Origin: Squalus acanthias
Taxonomy: Eukaryota
Direction of reading: 5' to 3'
Assembly (NCBI GenBank): GCA_030390025.1
Contig: CM059432.1
Location: forward strand, 48,610,001-48,674,000
Length of the DNA stretch: 64,000 nt
Part shown: in pieces, positions 37,236 through 50,810 of the stretch
How the letters are laid out: each line of letters begins with the position of its first letter
Numbering within the stretch: position 1 is the first letter of the stretch
The notes under the pieces: generated by a model
Database searches by the model: none
Told to the model about the DNA's origin: nothing
The model's input: only the letters and a program-made list of their open reading frames with translations
Position numbers and translations under genes: made by a program

Positions 37236-39197
37236 TTGCTCTGCACAGTGCACATCAGAGTAGACAATAGGCCTTTGTGCCCAATCACAGTTTGGTGCAA
37301 AGCACAGCAGCAATTCAGGTACCTCTGTCTACACTATCAGCTCCATAATAGCAGTACTGAATATAACTTGTTTCTGTAGTCGTAGATATTTACAGTTAGA
37401 AACTGCTGGAATGTGATATGCCATGAAAAAATGGGTTAATTTCACTCTTCTGGTCCTCACTCCTCTCTACAATGGTGTGGTGTAATTTTCACATCACCTC
37501 ACATCAATGTAGGAAATGCAGCATAGCTTCGGTTTGAAGTTGCCAATCTGAGATTGACAAACTGATTTAAAGGCAGCATATATTGCCATGTAATACTGAA
37601 GGCTAATTGGACAGTACCTCTGGAGTTGCGTTGTTCACATTCTTATCCCGATAGCATTTTGGAATGAAGTTGATATTGAAATCAGAGTTTCAGCCAAATT
37701 AACCAGTGAAGATTTATACTGATTCTACTCAGGAATGACAGCAGTTGCAGGAAGAATTATGGTTATCCACCTATACCATGTTTACTTCAGAACAGAGGAC
37801 ATAGCGGAAACAGGGCTACGGTCGGTTTTCCTATCACTTATTGCAGGTTAGCTTTGCCTCGTCTACCGTGTTGTCGTTCCAATTGCTATGATTAAGTAGC
37901 ACTGTATTTTTCATTTTATTTTTTTGCAGTTCAGATAATTAGGAAAATGATCTGGTCAGTAATAGCATGACTCGGAAGGTGATTTGGAAAAGCTATAAAT
38001 GCAGTCAGATGTAAAACAGTAGCAGTAACGTGTACTTATACCTACAAAGATTGTTATGAATGCATCGTTCACCCAATTTATAGATTTTAATGCGTCGCAA
38101 ATTGCTGGAAGTGCGAATTGATAATAGCGTGGCGAGGTCAAGGGGCTAATGTTCCCCCTGATTTTTTGAGGGGTGTGCGACCCCTTTAACGGGCAGTACA
38201 GCCCATTCACAGTCCCTTTAAGATTGAAAAAGACATTCCTGGGCTGCGCGGGACCGGCAGACAGCTGGGCGGCTGCGTAGCTTGGAGGGAACGTTGCAAG
38301 GGGCATCTGGAACCTCCTGAATGTCGGGTCCAGTGAAGGATAGAGAAAGAAACAGATTTTAAATATCTAGGATGAATTTACTACCTGCAGGAGCGAGACT
38401 CCACAGTTTCATTGTTCCTTTTCTGGGCCTCCAAGGTTGAGTTTCATGTCAGAACCATAAATCACGCCAGTAACAGGGTGCTTACGATGTGAAATAGCAG
38501 CTCTAAATATCAGTGGCGAGCGTCATTTGTATTTATGCCACAAATCTAGCAATTTCTTTAAACCCACAGGGATGTTGACGGCGAGCTCCCATTTTTGTGA
38601 GGCTAATGGGGGAGTAGCGCAAATCATCCAACAATTTGTGGTGATTTGCAACTCACGGGGTATCTCTTCCTCGCCACAAATCGCTGGGCTTTTTACGCAT
38701 TAATAAATGTGGGGGCCGTGAACGTGCCATTATTTTTCCAGCAACTTTTGGCCCAATATAACTGTGGGAATATGTCAACTGCAGCACTGCGCACAAAGGC
38801 TGCTTACGAGAACATGAAATTGGAATTGATTTCTGACTGGTCTATAAACTTCGGCAACCGGAGTAACCATGCTTTAACATCAAATTCATGCCAGGTTTAG
38901 TGAAGGAACAGTCCAGGCATGCAAAGCTCACTGATGCAGGAAATCCCAAAGTTCATTATTGCGGCTACACATTGTTTCACGCCACATAACATCAGTTAAT
39001 GATATTTACAATCAGATCTCTCAGTTCATAAGGAGACAAATTTTATATTGTCACATTCCTGGGAATTGAATTGCTCGTGCCGGACTGCTGACATCAAACT
39101 TTGAGAAAACTCACTATCACTGGGGCAGAAATTCATTCTGTTCGCACTGCCGCAAAATTGCATTTGCTGTAGATTTTGCGGCATGACCACCTCTAAG

Positions 39198-42100
39198 CGG
39201 GAACGGTAGTGTAGCGGTAATATCACTGGGCTAATAATCCAGAGGCCTGGACTAATGATCCAGAGACGTGAGTTCAAATCCCACCACGGCAGCTGGGGAA
39301 TTTAAATTCAGTTAATTAAATAAATCTGGAATAAAAAGCTAGTATCAGTAATGGTGACCACGAAACTATCGGATTGTCGTAAAAACCCATCTGTTTCACT
39401 AATGTCTTTTAGGGAAGGAAATCTGCTGTCCTTACCTGGTCTGGCCTATATGTGACTCCAGACCCACAGCAATGTGGTTGACTCTTAACTGCCCACTGAA
39501 ATGGCCTAGCAAGTCACTCAGTTGTAACAAACCGCAACAAAACAAAATAATAAGAATGAAACCAGACGGACCACCTGGCATTGACCTTGGCACTGGCAAC
39601 GGCACACCCAGCCCAGTCGACCCTACAAAATCCTCTGGGGACTTGTCCCACAGACTAGTCAAGCAACAGCTTACAGAATCATACCTTTCAGCCAATATCC
39701 CGAACTCCTCCATCATCATCCTTGGGTATGTCCTGTCCCACTGGCAGGACAGACCCACCAGGGGTGGTGGCACAGTGGTATATAGTCGGGAAGGAGTGGC
39801 CCTGGGAGTCCTCAACATTGACTCTGGACCCCATGAAGTCTCATGGCTTCAAGTCAAGCATAGGCAAGGAAACCTCCTGCTGATTACCACCTACTGCCCT
39901 CCCTCAGCTGATGAATCAGTACTCCTCCATGTTGAACACCACTTGAAAGAAGCACTGAGAGTAGCAAGGGCACAGAATGTACTCTGGGTGGGGGACTTCA
40001 ATGTCCATCACCAAGAGTGGCTCGGTAACACTACTACTGGCCGAGTCCTGAAGGACATAACTGCCAGTCTGGGCCTGCGACAGGTGGTGAGGGAAGCAAC
40101 ACGAGGGAAAAACCTACTTGACCTCGTCCTCACCAATCTACCTGTCACAGATGCATCTGTCCATGACAGCATTGGCAGCAGTGACCATTGTACAGTCATT
40201 GTGGAGACGAAGTCCCGTCATCACACTGAGGACACCCTCCATCGTGTTGTGTGGCACTACCACTGTGCTAAATGGGATAGATTCAGAACAGATCGAGCAG
40301 CTCAAAACTGGGCATCCATGAGGAGCTGTGGGGCAGCAGCAGAATTGTATTCCACCACAATCTGTAACCTCATGGCCCGGCATATCCCTCACTCTACTAT
40401 TACCACCAACCCCGGTTCAACAATGAGTGTACAGGAGCAGCACCAGGCTTACCTAAAAATGAGGTGCCAACCTGGGGAAGCTGCAACACAGGACTAGCAG
40501 CATGCTATAAACAGGGCTAAGCGATCCCACAATCAACGGATCAGATCAAAGCTCTGCAGTCCTGCCACATTCAGTCGTGAATGGTGGTGGACCATTAAAC
40601 AACTAACAGGAGGAGGAGGCTCCATGAATATCCCCATCCTCAATGATGGTGGAGCCCAGCACATGAGTGCAAAAGACAAGGCTGAAGTGTTTGCAGCCAG
40701 AAGTGCCAAGTGGATGATCCATATCGGCCTACTCCCGAGGTCCGCACCATCACAGAAGCCATTCTTCAGCCAATTTGATTCACTCCACGTGATATTAAGA
40801 AATGGCTGAGCGCCCTGGAAACAGCAAAGGCTATGGGCCCTGACAACATCCCGGCTATCGTGCTGAAGACTTGTGCTCCAGAACTAGCCTTGCTTCTAGC
40901 CAAGCTGTTCCAGTACAGCTACAACACTGGCATCTATCCGACAATGTGGAAAACTGCCCAGGTATGTCCTGTCCACAGAAAGCAGGACAAATCCAACCCG
41001 CCCAATTACCGCCCCATCAGTCTACTCTCAATCATCAGCAAAGTGATGGAAGGTGTCATCGACAGTGCTATCAAGCAGCACTTACTCACCAATAACCTGC
41101 TCACTGATGCCCAGTTTGGGTTCTGCCAAGACCACTCGGCTCCTGACCTCATTACAGCCTTGGTCCAAACATGGACAAAGGAGCTGAATTCCAGAGGTGA
41201 GGTGAGAGTGACTGTGCTTGACATCAAGGCAGCATTTGACCGAGTCTGGCATCAAGGAGCCCTTGTAAAACTGAAGTCAATGGGAATCAGGGAGAAAACG
41301 CTCCACTGGCTGGAGTCATACCTAGCACAAAGGAAGATGGATGTGGTGGTTGAAGGTCAATCATCACAGCCCCAGGACATCGCTGCAGGAGTTCCTCAGG
41401 GCAGTGTCCTAGGCCCAGTCGTCTTCAGCTGCTTCATCAATGACCTTCCCTCCAACATAAGGTCAGAAATGGGAATGTTTGCTGATGACTGCACAGTGTT
41501 CAGTGCTATTCGCAACTCCACAGATAATGAAGCAGTCCATGCCCGCATGCAGCAAGACCTGGATGATGTTCAGGCTTGGGCTGATAAGTGGCAGGTAACA
41601 TTTGCGCCACAGAAGTGCCAGGCAATGACTATTTCCAACAAGCGTGAGCCTAACCACCTCCCCTTGACATTCAATGGCATTACCATCGCCGAATCCCCCA
41701 CTATCAACATCCTGGGGGTCACCATTAACCAGAAACTTAACTGGACCAGCCACATAAATACTGTGGCAACAAGAGCAGGTCAGAGGCTAGGTATTCTGCA
41801 GCGAGTGTCTCACCTCCTGACCCCCCAAAGCCTTTCCACCATCTACAAGGCACAAGTATGGAGTGTGATGGAATACTCTCCACTTGCCTGGATGAGTGCA
41901 GCTCCAACAACACTCAAGAAGCTCGACACCATCCAGGACAAAGCAGCCCGCTTGATTGGCACCCCATCCACCACCTTAAACATTCACTCCCTCCACCACC
42001 GGCGTACCGTGGCTGCAGTGTGTACCATCTACAAGATGCACTGCAGCAACTCGCCAAGGCTTCTTCAGCAGCACCTCCCAAACCCGTGACCTCTTCCACC

Positions 42101-42384
42101 TAGAAGGACATGGGCAGCAGGCGCATGGGAACACCACCACCTCCAAGTTCCCCTCCAAGTCACATACCATCCTGACTTAGAAGTATATCGCCGATCCTTC
42201 ATCGTCGCTGGGTCAAAATCCTGGAATTCCCTACCTAACAGCACTGTGGGAGTACCATCACCACACGGACTGCAGCGGTTCAAGAAGGCGGCTCACCACC
42301 ACCTTCTCAAGGGCAACTAGGGATGGGCAATAAATGCTGGCTTTGCCAGCGATGCCCTGATCCCATAAACGAATAAAAAAAAAA
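39198..42384 (+). mobile_element. CR1-group LINE with tRNA-derived SINE-like 5' head, single APE-RT ORF remnant and A-rich tail
   Basis: A-box-like TAGTGTAGCGG (~39207) and B-box GTTCAAATCC (~39272), ~330-bp head and body, then the ORF, then the tail ...GGGATGGGCAATAAATGCTGG...GAATAAAAAAAAAA. Confidence 0.88.
39556..42089 (+). pseudogene. Endonuclease-reverse transcriptase ORF with frameshifts and a stop
   Basis: EN motifs RGGGTVVY, GDFNVHH, LDLVLTN, SDH; RT motifs YRPISLLS, QFGF, LDIKAAFDRVWH, GVPQGSVLGP, FADD. Confidence 0.92.
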
Positions 42385-43462
42385 TCATTAGTTTCTACCG
42401 CCACCCCCCACCTCCCATGGCATACGTTGTATTGCTATGGAGAAGCAGCTGCTGTTAGTGCAGCATGTGGGTCACTTGCCTTTCCCTAATTTTTAGTTTC
42501 CATTTATGCTTGAGCACTGGGACAAACACAATTCCGCAAGCATCCATGTGGTGAATAATTGTGTTCCCAAGAGCCTTATTGCTGTTTCCTTTAATTACAT
42601 GAATAAAAATGATGCTGTCCTTCATATCCTTTGATCTGATTGGGAAAATTAATCACCAGTTGTTACATGGTGAGAGGTAGGTGCCTAAATTGGGCTGTGC
42701 AGCACCCAATTTTGGGTGCTACGTGGCCACATAAGGATCAAAATAGGGTCCGAGATGCGCGCACACACTTCTGGCGGGAAGTGCGCACGACGCCACCTTG
42801 GTAAAAGGGTTTGTGCGCGCGCGTAACAACCGCCAGCAACATGTAGAGCAGTGAGATGATGATGCCAATCAGTGTGCAACGCTGATTTGACGGCATTGCT
42901 GCCATTTTCAAATGCCACCCTTCAGCCTACACCCTGCCTTAATGTAGCAAAGGTGAACACAACGGAATGAAGAACCACCACCCTCCCCCCTGCCCCCACC
43001 ACCACCAGCGCTATTTAAGGGGATCATGAACTACTAAAGATTAGTTGCTGGATTATTTCTTCTGACTGCTGGTGCAATTGTATGGGTTTTTGGAGCTTTC
43101 CTATACTTATCTAAAGTTTGAATACTCTGCAGGGTGATGTTGAACTCGTTTTTCATCATTTAAAAGCTTGTGCTGAAACAAGTTGCTTCCAGACATGGGT
43201 GGCTTGGTAAGTCTTCCTCTTGGAATTGAGCATGACTGGGAGAATGAAGAGAGGACACACAGAGCAGGACACGCTGGTAGAGGAGGGAGGAGGAGGAGAG
43301 GAGATGGGCTCTCAGGAAGAGGCCATATCCGCCAAGGGTCTTCAAGGAGAAATTCTCTTACCTCAACTTCAGCGAGTACTAATCCATGAGGCATCTTCGC
43401 TTCACAAAAGAGGTTGTGACTGAAATCTGCCAACTGCTGCAGCCACAATTGCAACTTCAAAG

Positions 43463-43862
43463 TTGTTTTCCTTAGAGCAGAGAAGGCTGAGGGGGGACCT
43501 GATTGAGGGGTACAAAATTATGAGGGGCATAGATAGGGTAGATAGAAAGGAACTTTTCCCCTTAGTAGAGGGGTCAATAACCAGGGGGCATAGTTTCAAG
43601 GTAAGGGGCAAGAGGTTTAGAGGGGATTTGAGGAAAAACTTTTTCACCCAGAGGGTGGTTGGAATCTGGAACTCACTGCCTGAAAGGGTGGTAGAGGCAG
43701 GAACCCTCAACATTCAAGAAGCATTTAGATGAGCACTTGAAACGCCATAGCATACAAGGCTACGGACCAAGTGCTGGAAAATGGGATCAGAATAGACAGG
43801 GCTTGATGGCCGGCGCGGACATGATGGGCCGAAGGGCATCTTTCTGTGCTGTATAACTCTAT
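43463..43862 (+). mobile_element. CR1 3' fragment; tail continues at 44761-44766
   Basis: LEQRRLRGDLIE...RKNFFTQRVV; AAAG flanks. Confidence 0.9.
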
Positions 43863-44757
43863 GGGGGAGAAATTCAGTATCGCCCCATTTGGGGCGCAAT
43901 TATCGGCCGGGCGCAAAGATTAGCGCCTGGCGCTAATTATCGCCACCGACTGCAAACTTGACTTTTATCGCCCCTGGAGGTGATTGGAGCGCTAAATCAG
44001 GCGCTTCACACCTGTCTTAAGGTGCAAAGGCCGAGGAGCGAGGCGCTACCTCAGAGCGCTGGCGAAGCTCATGTGATGTCAGTCAGCAATGGAACACACA
44101 CACAATGGCACCAGCCAGTTCTTAAAGGGGATGGTTGATCTTGCTTTCCATCCACATCCTGCTCATTGCAGCCTTGAATCTCTGCCTGGAGTGACCTGCA
44201 CATCAAATCTGCTGGAAAGAACAATGGAGAGTACCAGGGAAAGAGCTTAGAGTGCAGCCCCCACAGTCTCTTCTAAATCGATACAAGGAATGGCAAATCA
44301 AAATGAACCTGCAAAGTGCTGCTCAGTACCCAAAACTCCTTCACACAGCGTTGAATCTCTCCAAAAGTCTCCCTCTCTCTCTCTCTCAGAATGCGTGGTT
44401 CAAAAATGGCACCAACGATAAAAGGCAGGAAGCGGTCGCCTTTAAATAGCGCTCCCCCAGTCCCTTCATGACTGCAATTCGCTCCCCTCAACCTGTCGTT
44501 GCTAGCGTCAGGCGGTAAGGCAGGGGGCGCCACTCAATATCTGCTCCGGGGCGATACCGGGGCGTTGCGCACTCGACTGACGTCACGATCTGCCGGCGCA
44601 GGAGATCGTGGCGGTAGTGTTTAGCGCCGCCGCAAAATGTCTAGTTAATTTCGCGAGCGGCGCAAACATCGCCGCGCCTGGGCGCTGGAAGCTTTGCGCC
44701 CCATTAGCGCCCTCTTAAGGCGCTAACGGGAGGCGCAACCAACTGAATTTTTCCCCC
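43863..44757. mobile_element. Harbinger-type MITE, family B, copy 2
   Basis: TIR GGGGGAGAAATTCAGT / ACTGAATTTTTCCCCC; TSD TAT; sits inside the CR1 tail repeat. Confidence 0.92.
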
Positions 44758-47700
44758 TATGACTCTAAAGCAGGGCAAGGACAGCATTGCCTGTGGCTGT
44801 CAAGGTGACTGTGGCTCTTAACATTTCTGCATCTGGCTCCTTCCAGGCTGCTGCTGAAGATGTAAGCAACGACTTGCAGTCTGCAGCGCTCTGCTGCATA
44901 AGGGAGATCGCTAAGGCTCTCTATACACAGAGAAACAGTTTAATCTCATTCCCTCTTGCCAGAGACATGCAGGCGGAGCGACCACGAGGGTTTGCTGTAT
45001 GTGTGCCTCGTGTGAACTTGGCCATTTTCATGAACCGATGGGATTTCACTCCCTCAATGTGCAGCTGGTGTACGACCACAGGCTGCGTAACATGCAGGTG
45101 AATGCCCATTATCCCAGCAGCAGCCACAATTATTTCATTCTGCAGCAGTCCTCTGTGCCACCTGTATTTGACCCACTATGGTAAGGCAAAGGCTGGCTAC
45201 TGGGCGACAAGGGTTAGCCACTCATGACATGGCTCATGACTCCAGTCCGGAACCCACGCACACGTGCACAATAGACCTACAATGAGAGCCATGCTGCCAC
45301 AAGGAACATTATAAAGCACACCATCGGCATCCTCAAGCAACGCTTCCGCTGCTTGGAGCGCTCTGGAGGAGCCCTGCAGTACTCAGCTGAGTGGGTATCA
45401 AGATTTGTAATAGTGTGCTGTATGCTGCACAACCTCGCCGTTATGAGGGAACAGCCTTTTCCACCATCTGTCAGGCAAGAAGCTGAGGAGCAGGAGCACA
45501 AGGAAGAGGAGGCATTGAGGAGGAAGAGGAAGTGGCAGATGTGCAACAGGATGTGGAGAAACAGGAAGAGGAAGGGAGGCTACAGCATACGTCATCAGAT
45601 TATTCATGAGCGATACCAGTAACCTCAACCACACCTTCCATTCACCAACAGTCCCACACTCCTTACCTTTCCCATATCACTGTCACATCGACCTCTTTCC
45701 AACAACACAAAAATAAAAACCACCAGAAAGTGCACATACCTAGTGGGCCCGACTTCAGACAGCACCATCTCAGCATGGGTGGCAGCAGTCTGGGCTGGCT
45801 GGCTGATAGGCAACAGCAAGGGCACTGCCAGAGCGGCAGAGATAGGAGCAAGAATGCTGTCTTCTTGAGAGAGGACAGCAGATTAGTGTTCCATAGAGCC
45901 ACTGCAACTATCCTGGGGCGGTGCCTCAGCAATCCGACTGATCTGTTGGAGAACAAATTGATGGACTGCTGTGATAACCTGGAAGCCCCTTTGAACAATA
46001 GTATCCAGAGCCACAATGGCAGCTGTCTAGGCTTCCACTGCAGCACTCAGACCTTTGTTGGAAGCTGCCTGTGTTGCAATGGAAGCTGTGATATCAGCAA
46101 TCAGATGCTGTATCATGGTGGGTTCCACAGGTGTGCTGATGGAGGTGGCCACCTGTTCCATGTTTGAAAGGATGGGCTCCAAGCTCTGCGCAAAGCCCTG
46201 TGCCAAGTTGGTGCTGGACTCCTCCATGCTCCTTGACATGTGCGCAGGCTTTCTGACAGGCTTTCTAGTGCACCAATCATTTGGTTGTGTACACCCATCA
46301 GACCTCTTCTGTAGCCTGGTCCATCAAAGTCCTCACCCGACCTCTGCCCTCAGTCCTCTGCAGCAGAACTCGTGTGTGACTTCGCCCTCCGGCGAGCTGG
46401 CACCTGCGCTATCCTTTCCCCCTCCCCTGGCTCCTGCGCACCTGTGCCCAGTGTCTCACCATGTGAAGATCCCTCTTCTAAACTAGCCTCTAAAATAAAT
46501 GTAGTGTCAGTCTCTGAGCTGGAGGCTGAGAGTGTAAGATCGAATGACGGTGTCTCTTCATCTTCGCTGTCTTCTTTCTCTTCCTCTACTGACTGAGAAA
46601 GCTCCAGTTCTTAGGTATCTGAAATAAAAAAGGGACAAGGTTTGGGTTGTGGTGAGGGGAGAGGAGAAAGTTAGAAGTACGTGCTTACACCATCTGTAGC
46701 TTGTGAGTCCGAATATATTGTGGAATGAGGGAGAAGTGGGATGAGAGAAGGAGGATTAAGTATGCAGATATCCTCATCATCGATCCCTCCAACTCCCCCC
46801 CCCCCCCCGTGGCCACGGCCTCAGTGATAGCCCTTCCCATGATGGCCAGCAGTGACTCCTCCATGGGGATCAAAACATGCAGGCATGCTTGCCCTCCTCC
46901 AGTTCTTTGCTGCTGCCTGCTGTTATGCGCCACCTTCTTCTACAAGAAAGAGGGAAATGTGTCAGTGAGTGTCCTGCAATATGTTTGGGTGATGTGGCTG
47001 CCATGGTTGAATAGCTGCCTGTGAGTGCGATCTGTGTGTTGTGGGTGCGCGGCTTGCAACAGTGTAAAGTGAGGGTGAGGTAAAGCATATGAATTGAAGG
47101 ATTGAGTAGTGATTGATAGAGATTGTTGGTAGATGGGTGATGGAGTGTAGTGAATTTAGCAGTGGATGAGGCTAGTGGTGCAGTAGGTAGGAGATGCCAT
47201 TTGAAGATGAACTCACTCACCTTGACAACTCGTGTCAGATTGTTAAACTTCTTCCTGTTCTTGGAGTTACAGTCCTGGCATTGACCTCTGCCGCTATTTC
47301 GTCCTACTGCCTCCTGAGCATCTGTCTGGAGGACCTCCTGCGCCCGCACCCCCCACCCCCCTGCGGATACAGGACGTCTCTCCTTCTCTCCATGTCTTGC
47401 ACTAAGACCTCCAGTGCAGTGTCTGAAAACCTTGGTGCTCGCTCCCTCACATGTTCAGCCATTGCTTAAAGTATCACAACACAGATTCACTTTTCAAAGG
47501 ATTCCCACCACTTCTTGCCGCCACAAAGCACAGCCCCTTTAAGAGGTGAAGGCTGCCTTTAAGTAGCGCTAGCCACTCGCGATATCAGGCCCCCTGCTGA
47601 TGCATACAGCCAATGAACAGTGTGGGCTGCACGCAGCAATCATTTAAAACAGCAGGCAGAATTTATCCGATAAAAACCCCATACTGTTTGTGAGAAATAA

Positions 47701-48144
47701 CAGAATTCTTATTTTTATGGCATCTTATGAAGCTATTTCCTTCTTTGCAGTCTCAAAAACCCGATGCATGCTAATATTAAATAGAAGTGGAGATGATTGA
47801 ACTGTGCTCAGGGATATTAATTCAATGGAGTGAAATGATGATTTGTGTCAATGAATATAGGTGAATTTAGTGACTAATGGTGCACAGAAATGCACAGCAT
47901 ATGCGTATTTCATAGTAGGATTACTTAAGTCACAAGTCAGGTACCTAAACCCAATGTGCAATCTTCACCTATATTGGAAATCTTTAAGGCCATTTTTGTT
48001 GTTACTGTGAATCTCATAGCACATGATACCAGTTAATTGCATTTTTTGATTAGAACTTTCACAGACAAATTTCAAATAATCATGTTTCTGAGAATTATTC
48101 ATGGTGCACCGTTTTATATTATAGCTTGACAAAATTCAAACACG

Positions 48145-48978
48145 GGGCTGATTTTTGTCTGTTTTCGGAAAGGAATGGAACGGTAGCACAAGGAAGGTTG
48201 AAGCGCAGAACTTATCGCCCCCGTTCTTGCTGATGGCTGGATCTCCGCCATGTTGGCTAGGGCCTTGAAGTGGGTGGCCTAGATGCCCGTTGCAATGTGG
48301 GACCGTTATAAGCCAATGGAAATAGGGGTCCCCATGATGTCAATAGAGCCTCAATGCAATTTTAAAGTACCAATGGGTGTAGCATGCCCAGCCCTCTGCA
48401 ACCCTCCAGCAGCATCGCCTTCCTCACCCCCCCCTAACTTCGGGTTGGCATTTTAAATATTATAATGAGGCTTCGTGCCTCATTTTGAATCTCCATTTTA
48501 AATTTAATTCTGGGTGGCCGGGTTTCCTGGGCCTCGGGGAACCCGGCAGCTAAAGGGAGGTGAGGACTGCTGGATCCAGGAGTTAAGTGTCTTTCCAGTT
48601 ACCTGCTGGATCCAGCGCCCCTGCCTTCCCAACCCCCCGCTATCGGACACCCCCGACCCTTCCGATCCCCCCCCGACCTCCCACCTGACCACCCTCCTGC
48701 CCACCGATCCCGGATTTCTGACCCCCCTCCCCCCGATCACGGCCTTGCGCCTCCCCTCCCCCGATCCCGGCCTCCGACCACTCCCTCCCTCCTCTCTGCT
48801 GCGTCCTGGTGCCGCAGACCTCTCAATCTGGCTGGCTGCGGGTGGATAACAGAAACAAAGTGTTAATCACGCCCTGCCGTTAAATTCATCAGGGCCTGAG
48901 GGAAACCTGTTCTCCCGGGTTTCCCGACCGCAATCTAGCCCCCCGCTCCTTACTTGCCTCCAAGTTAAAATCCTGCCC
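48145..48978. mobile_element. Harbinger-type MITE(s)
   Basis: Ends GGGCTGATTTTT...TTAAAATCCTGCCC; internal motifs shared with the 36433 and 57804 elements. Confidence 0.55.
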
Positions 48979-49084
48979 TTTGTCTCAGCAGATTGTTAGG
49001 CTGGTGAAATGTGGCAATGTACAAAAATAAAAGCATGTTATGTAGTTCATACATCTTTCATCAAAAATATACTTAAAAAAAATA

Positions 49085-49850
49085 TTTATTCTTGGGATGT
49101 GGGCAATGCCAGCAAGGCAGTAATTATTGCCCATCCCTTTTTTGGAGAGGAGATTAAGGGGGAAAAATTGGGTCGCGCCCCCTTTGGGGCGCTAACTTCG
49201 CTGGGGCGCTACTTTAGTGCCCCGAAAAAATTAGCGCCCCCACGGCCGAAATTGAATGGGGCGCTGCGAGGGAATATCGCAGCGCTACGTGCCGCTGCGC
49301 CACACACTGCGGCACATCGCACCACGGTATTGCAGGCCATCCACCCCTTCTTAAAGGGGAGGGGCCTTGCGCAGTGCGACCCGGAGCCCAGCTGGGCCAC
49401 CAGGGATCGGATTGCCGGCAAAAGAGCCCGGCACTCAAGAGAAATGCCAGGCTCATGGAGCGCAGCCGGCACTCCGCGGGGGGTGGGGTGTGCTCAGGAG
49501 GCCAGGGCCGGCGGCGGAGGCAGGCGCTGACAGGCGGCCAGCAACAAAAATGGCCGCCCGGCACCTCACCTTTAAATTGCGCCACCCCGGCCGCAGGTAG
49601 GTCCCCCTGACCCCGTCGGACATAGCGTCCGGTGGTAAGTCAGGGGGCGCTACCGAAGATCGCGGCCGGGGTGAGAGCCTCTTAGGGCGCTAACGGGAGG
49701 CACAAAGCAACCGAATTTTTCCACCTAAGAGTCAACCGTGTAGTACGGGACTGAAGTCCCATGTAGGCCAGACCGGGTAGGGATGGCAGGTTCCCTTCCC
49801 TGAAGGACACTAGTGAACCAGTTGGGTTTTACAACAATCCGGCAGCTTTT
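49085..49850 (-). mobile_element. SINE sharing body and tail with the 39198-42384 LINE, interrupted by a MITE
   Basis: Reverse complement shows ...GGTCTGGCCTACATG...GGTTGACTCTTA joined almost directly to GGGATGGGCAATAA...CCCACATCCC. Confidence 0.75.
49158..49725. mobile_element. Harbinger-type MITE related to family B
   Basis: TIR GGGGGAAAAATT / AATTTTTCCACC; TSD TAA. Confidence 0.85.
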
Positions 49851-50127
49851 TTCTGGTGCCAGCCCACAAATAAATCTGGTCACTTGTGGTCTTTTGCTTG
49901 TTGAAAGGGTTCAGTTGCAATTCTGGCTTCTCTTCCTGCCTAAGTGGTTGATTTTCTATTTGATTTAAAAAAAACTTTTATTAATATATTTGAAAAAAAA
50001 ACCATGATTTATGTTGGCTGTTGCTGTAATGTTAACTTATATAAAAAGTTTGGAGCAGTTTGAAAACCTTCAAAAGTGATGCATTTTCTTATTAATAGGC
50101 AACTCTACATTCCAGTTTTACATTGAT

Positions 50128-50810
50128 TCATTTAAGGGGAAACGAGATAAAGTCATGAGGGATGGGAAGAGGCTCATGTGGAGCATAAACATCGGCATAG
50201 ACCTGTTGGGCTGAATGGCCTGTTTCTGTGCTGTACATTCTATGTAATTCTATGTAGACTGTAGTTGAATATAACAAGTAAAACATGATTCCACTCTTCT
50301 GATAATGATGTAGTTGCATCAGATTTAATCTTTCAAGCGAGGTGAACAGTACTGCTGGGAACATTATTGTCTAGCTACAATCTTGTTTTAAAAAAAAAAT
50401 GAAAACTAGAGTTACATTTTAAAATGTTAATGACTTGTGCCCTGTTTACAGGACCTTCCCAAACATTTCTGTCTTGAAACACCTCCTTTTGTCTAAACAG
50501 TCAGCACTGTAGTTGAGTCTTGCTGCATTGGATCTATTAGTTACTTTAAAAAACCCGGCAGCCTCTGCAAGAATGAATGCACTTCTTTACCCAGAGAGTG
50601 GTGAGAATGTGGAACTCGCTACCACAGGGAGTGGCCGAGGCGGATAGTATAGATGCACTTAAGGGGAAGCTAGATAAGCACATGAGGGAGAAAGGAATAG
50701 AAGGATATGGTGCTAGGGTGAGATGAAGTGTGGTGGGAGGAGGCTCGTGTGGAGAATAAACGCTTGCACAGACCTGTTGGGCTGAATAGCCTGTTTCTTT
50801 GCTGTAAATT
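50128..50810 (+). mobile_element. Two CR1 3' fragments (about 50128-50255 and 50570-50810)
   Basis: FFTQRVVRMWNSLP motif in the second fragment; shared 3'UTR. Confidence 0.75.

Larger units (their letters stand above)
43195..45622 (+). pseudogene. Harbinger transposase interrupted by CR1 and MITE
   Basis: MGGLVSLPLG N-terminus, [31 protein letters not shown]. Confidence 0.85.
42681..47660. mobile_element. Harbinger transposon 4 (family D), far end eroded
   Basis: Left end matches the terminus of element 5 at ~63535; transposase remnant on + (43195-45622), Myb remnant on - (~47463-45750). Confidence 0.82.

Noticed and set aside
39198..39290. tRNA gene
   Set aside because: A and B boxes are present, but there is no convincing cloverleaf and it is continuous with a retroelement body.
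40833..42089. Active RT gene or prokaryotic RT system (retron, DGR)
   Set aside because: Non-LTR RT motifs with an upstream AP endonuclease; the ORF is broken by frameshifts.
49009..49610. GC-rich ORFs or CpG-island promoter
   Set aside because: Explained by the TIR/TSD-bounded MITE at 49158-49725.
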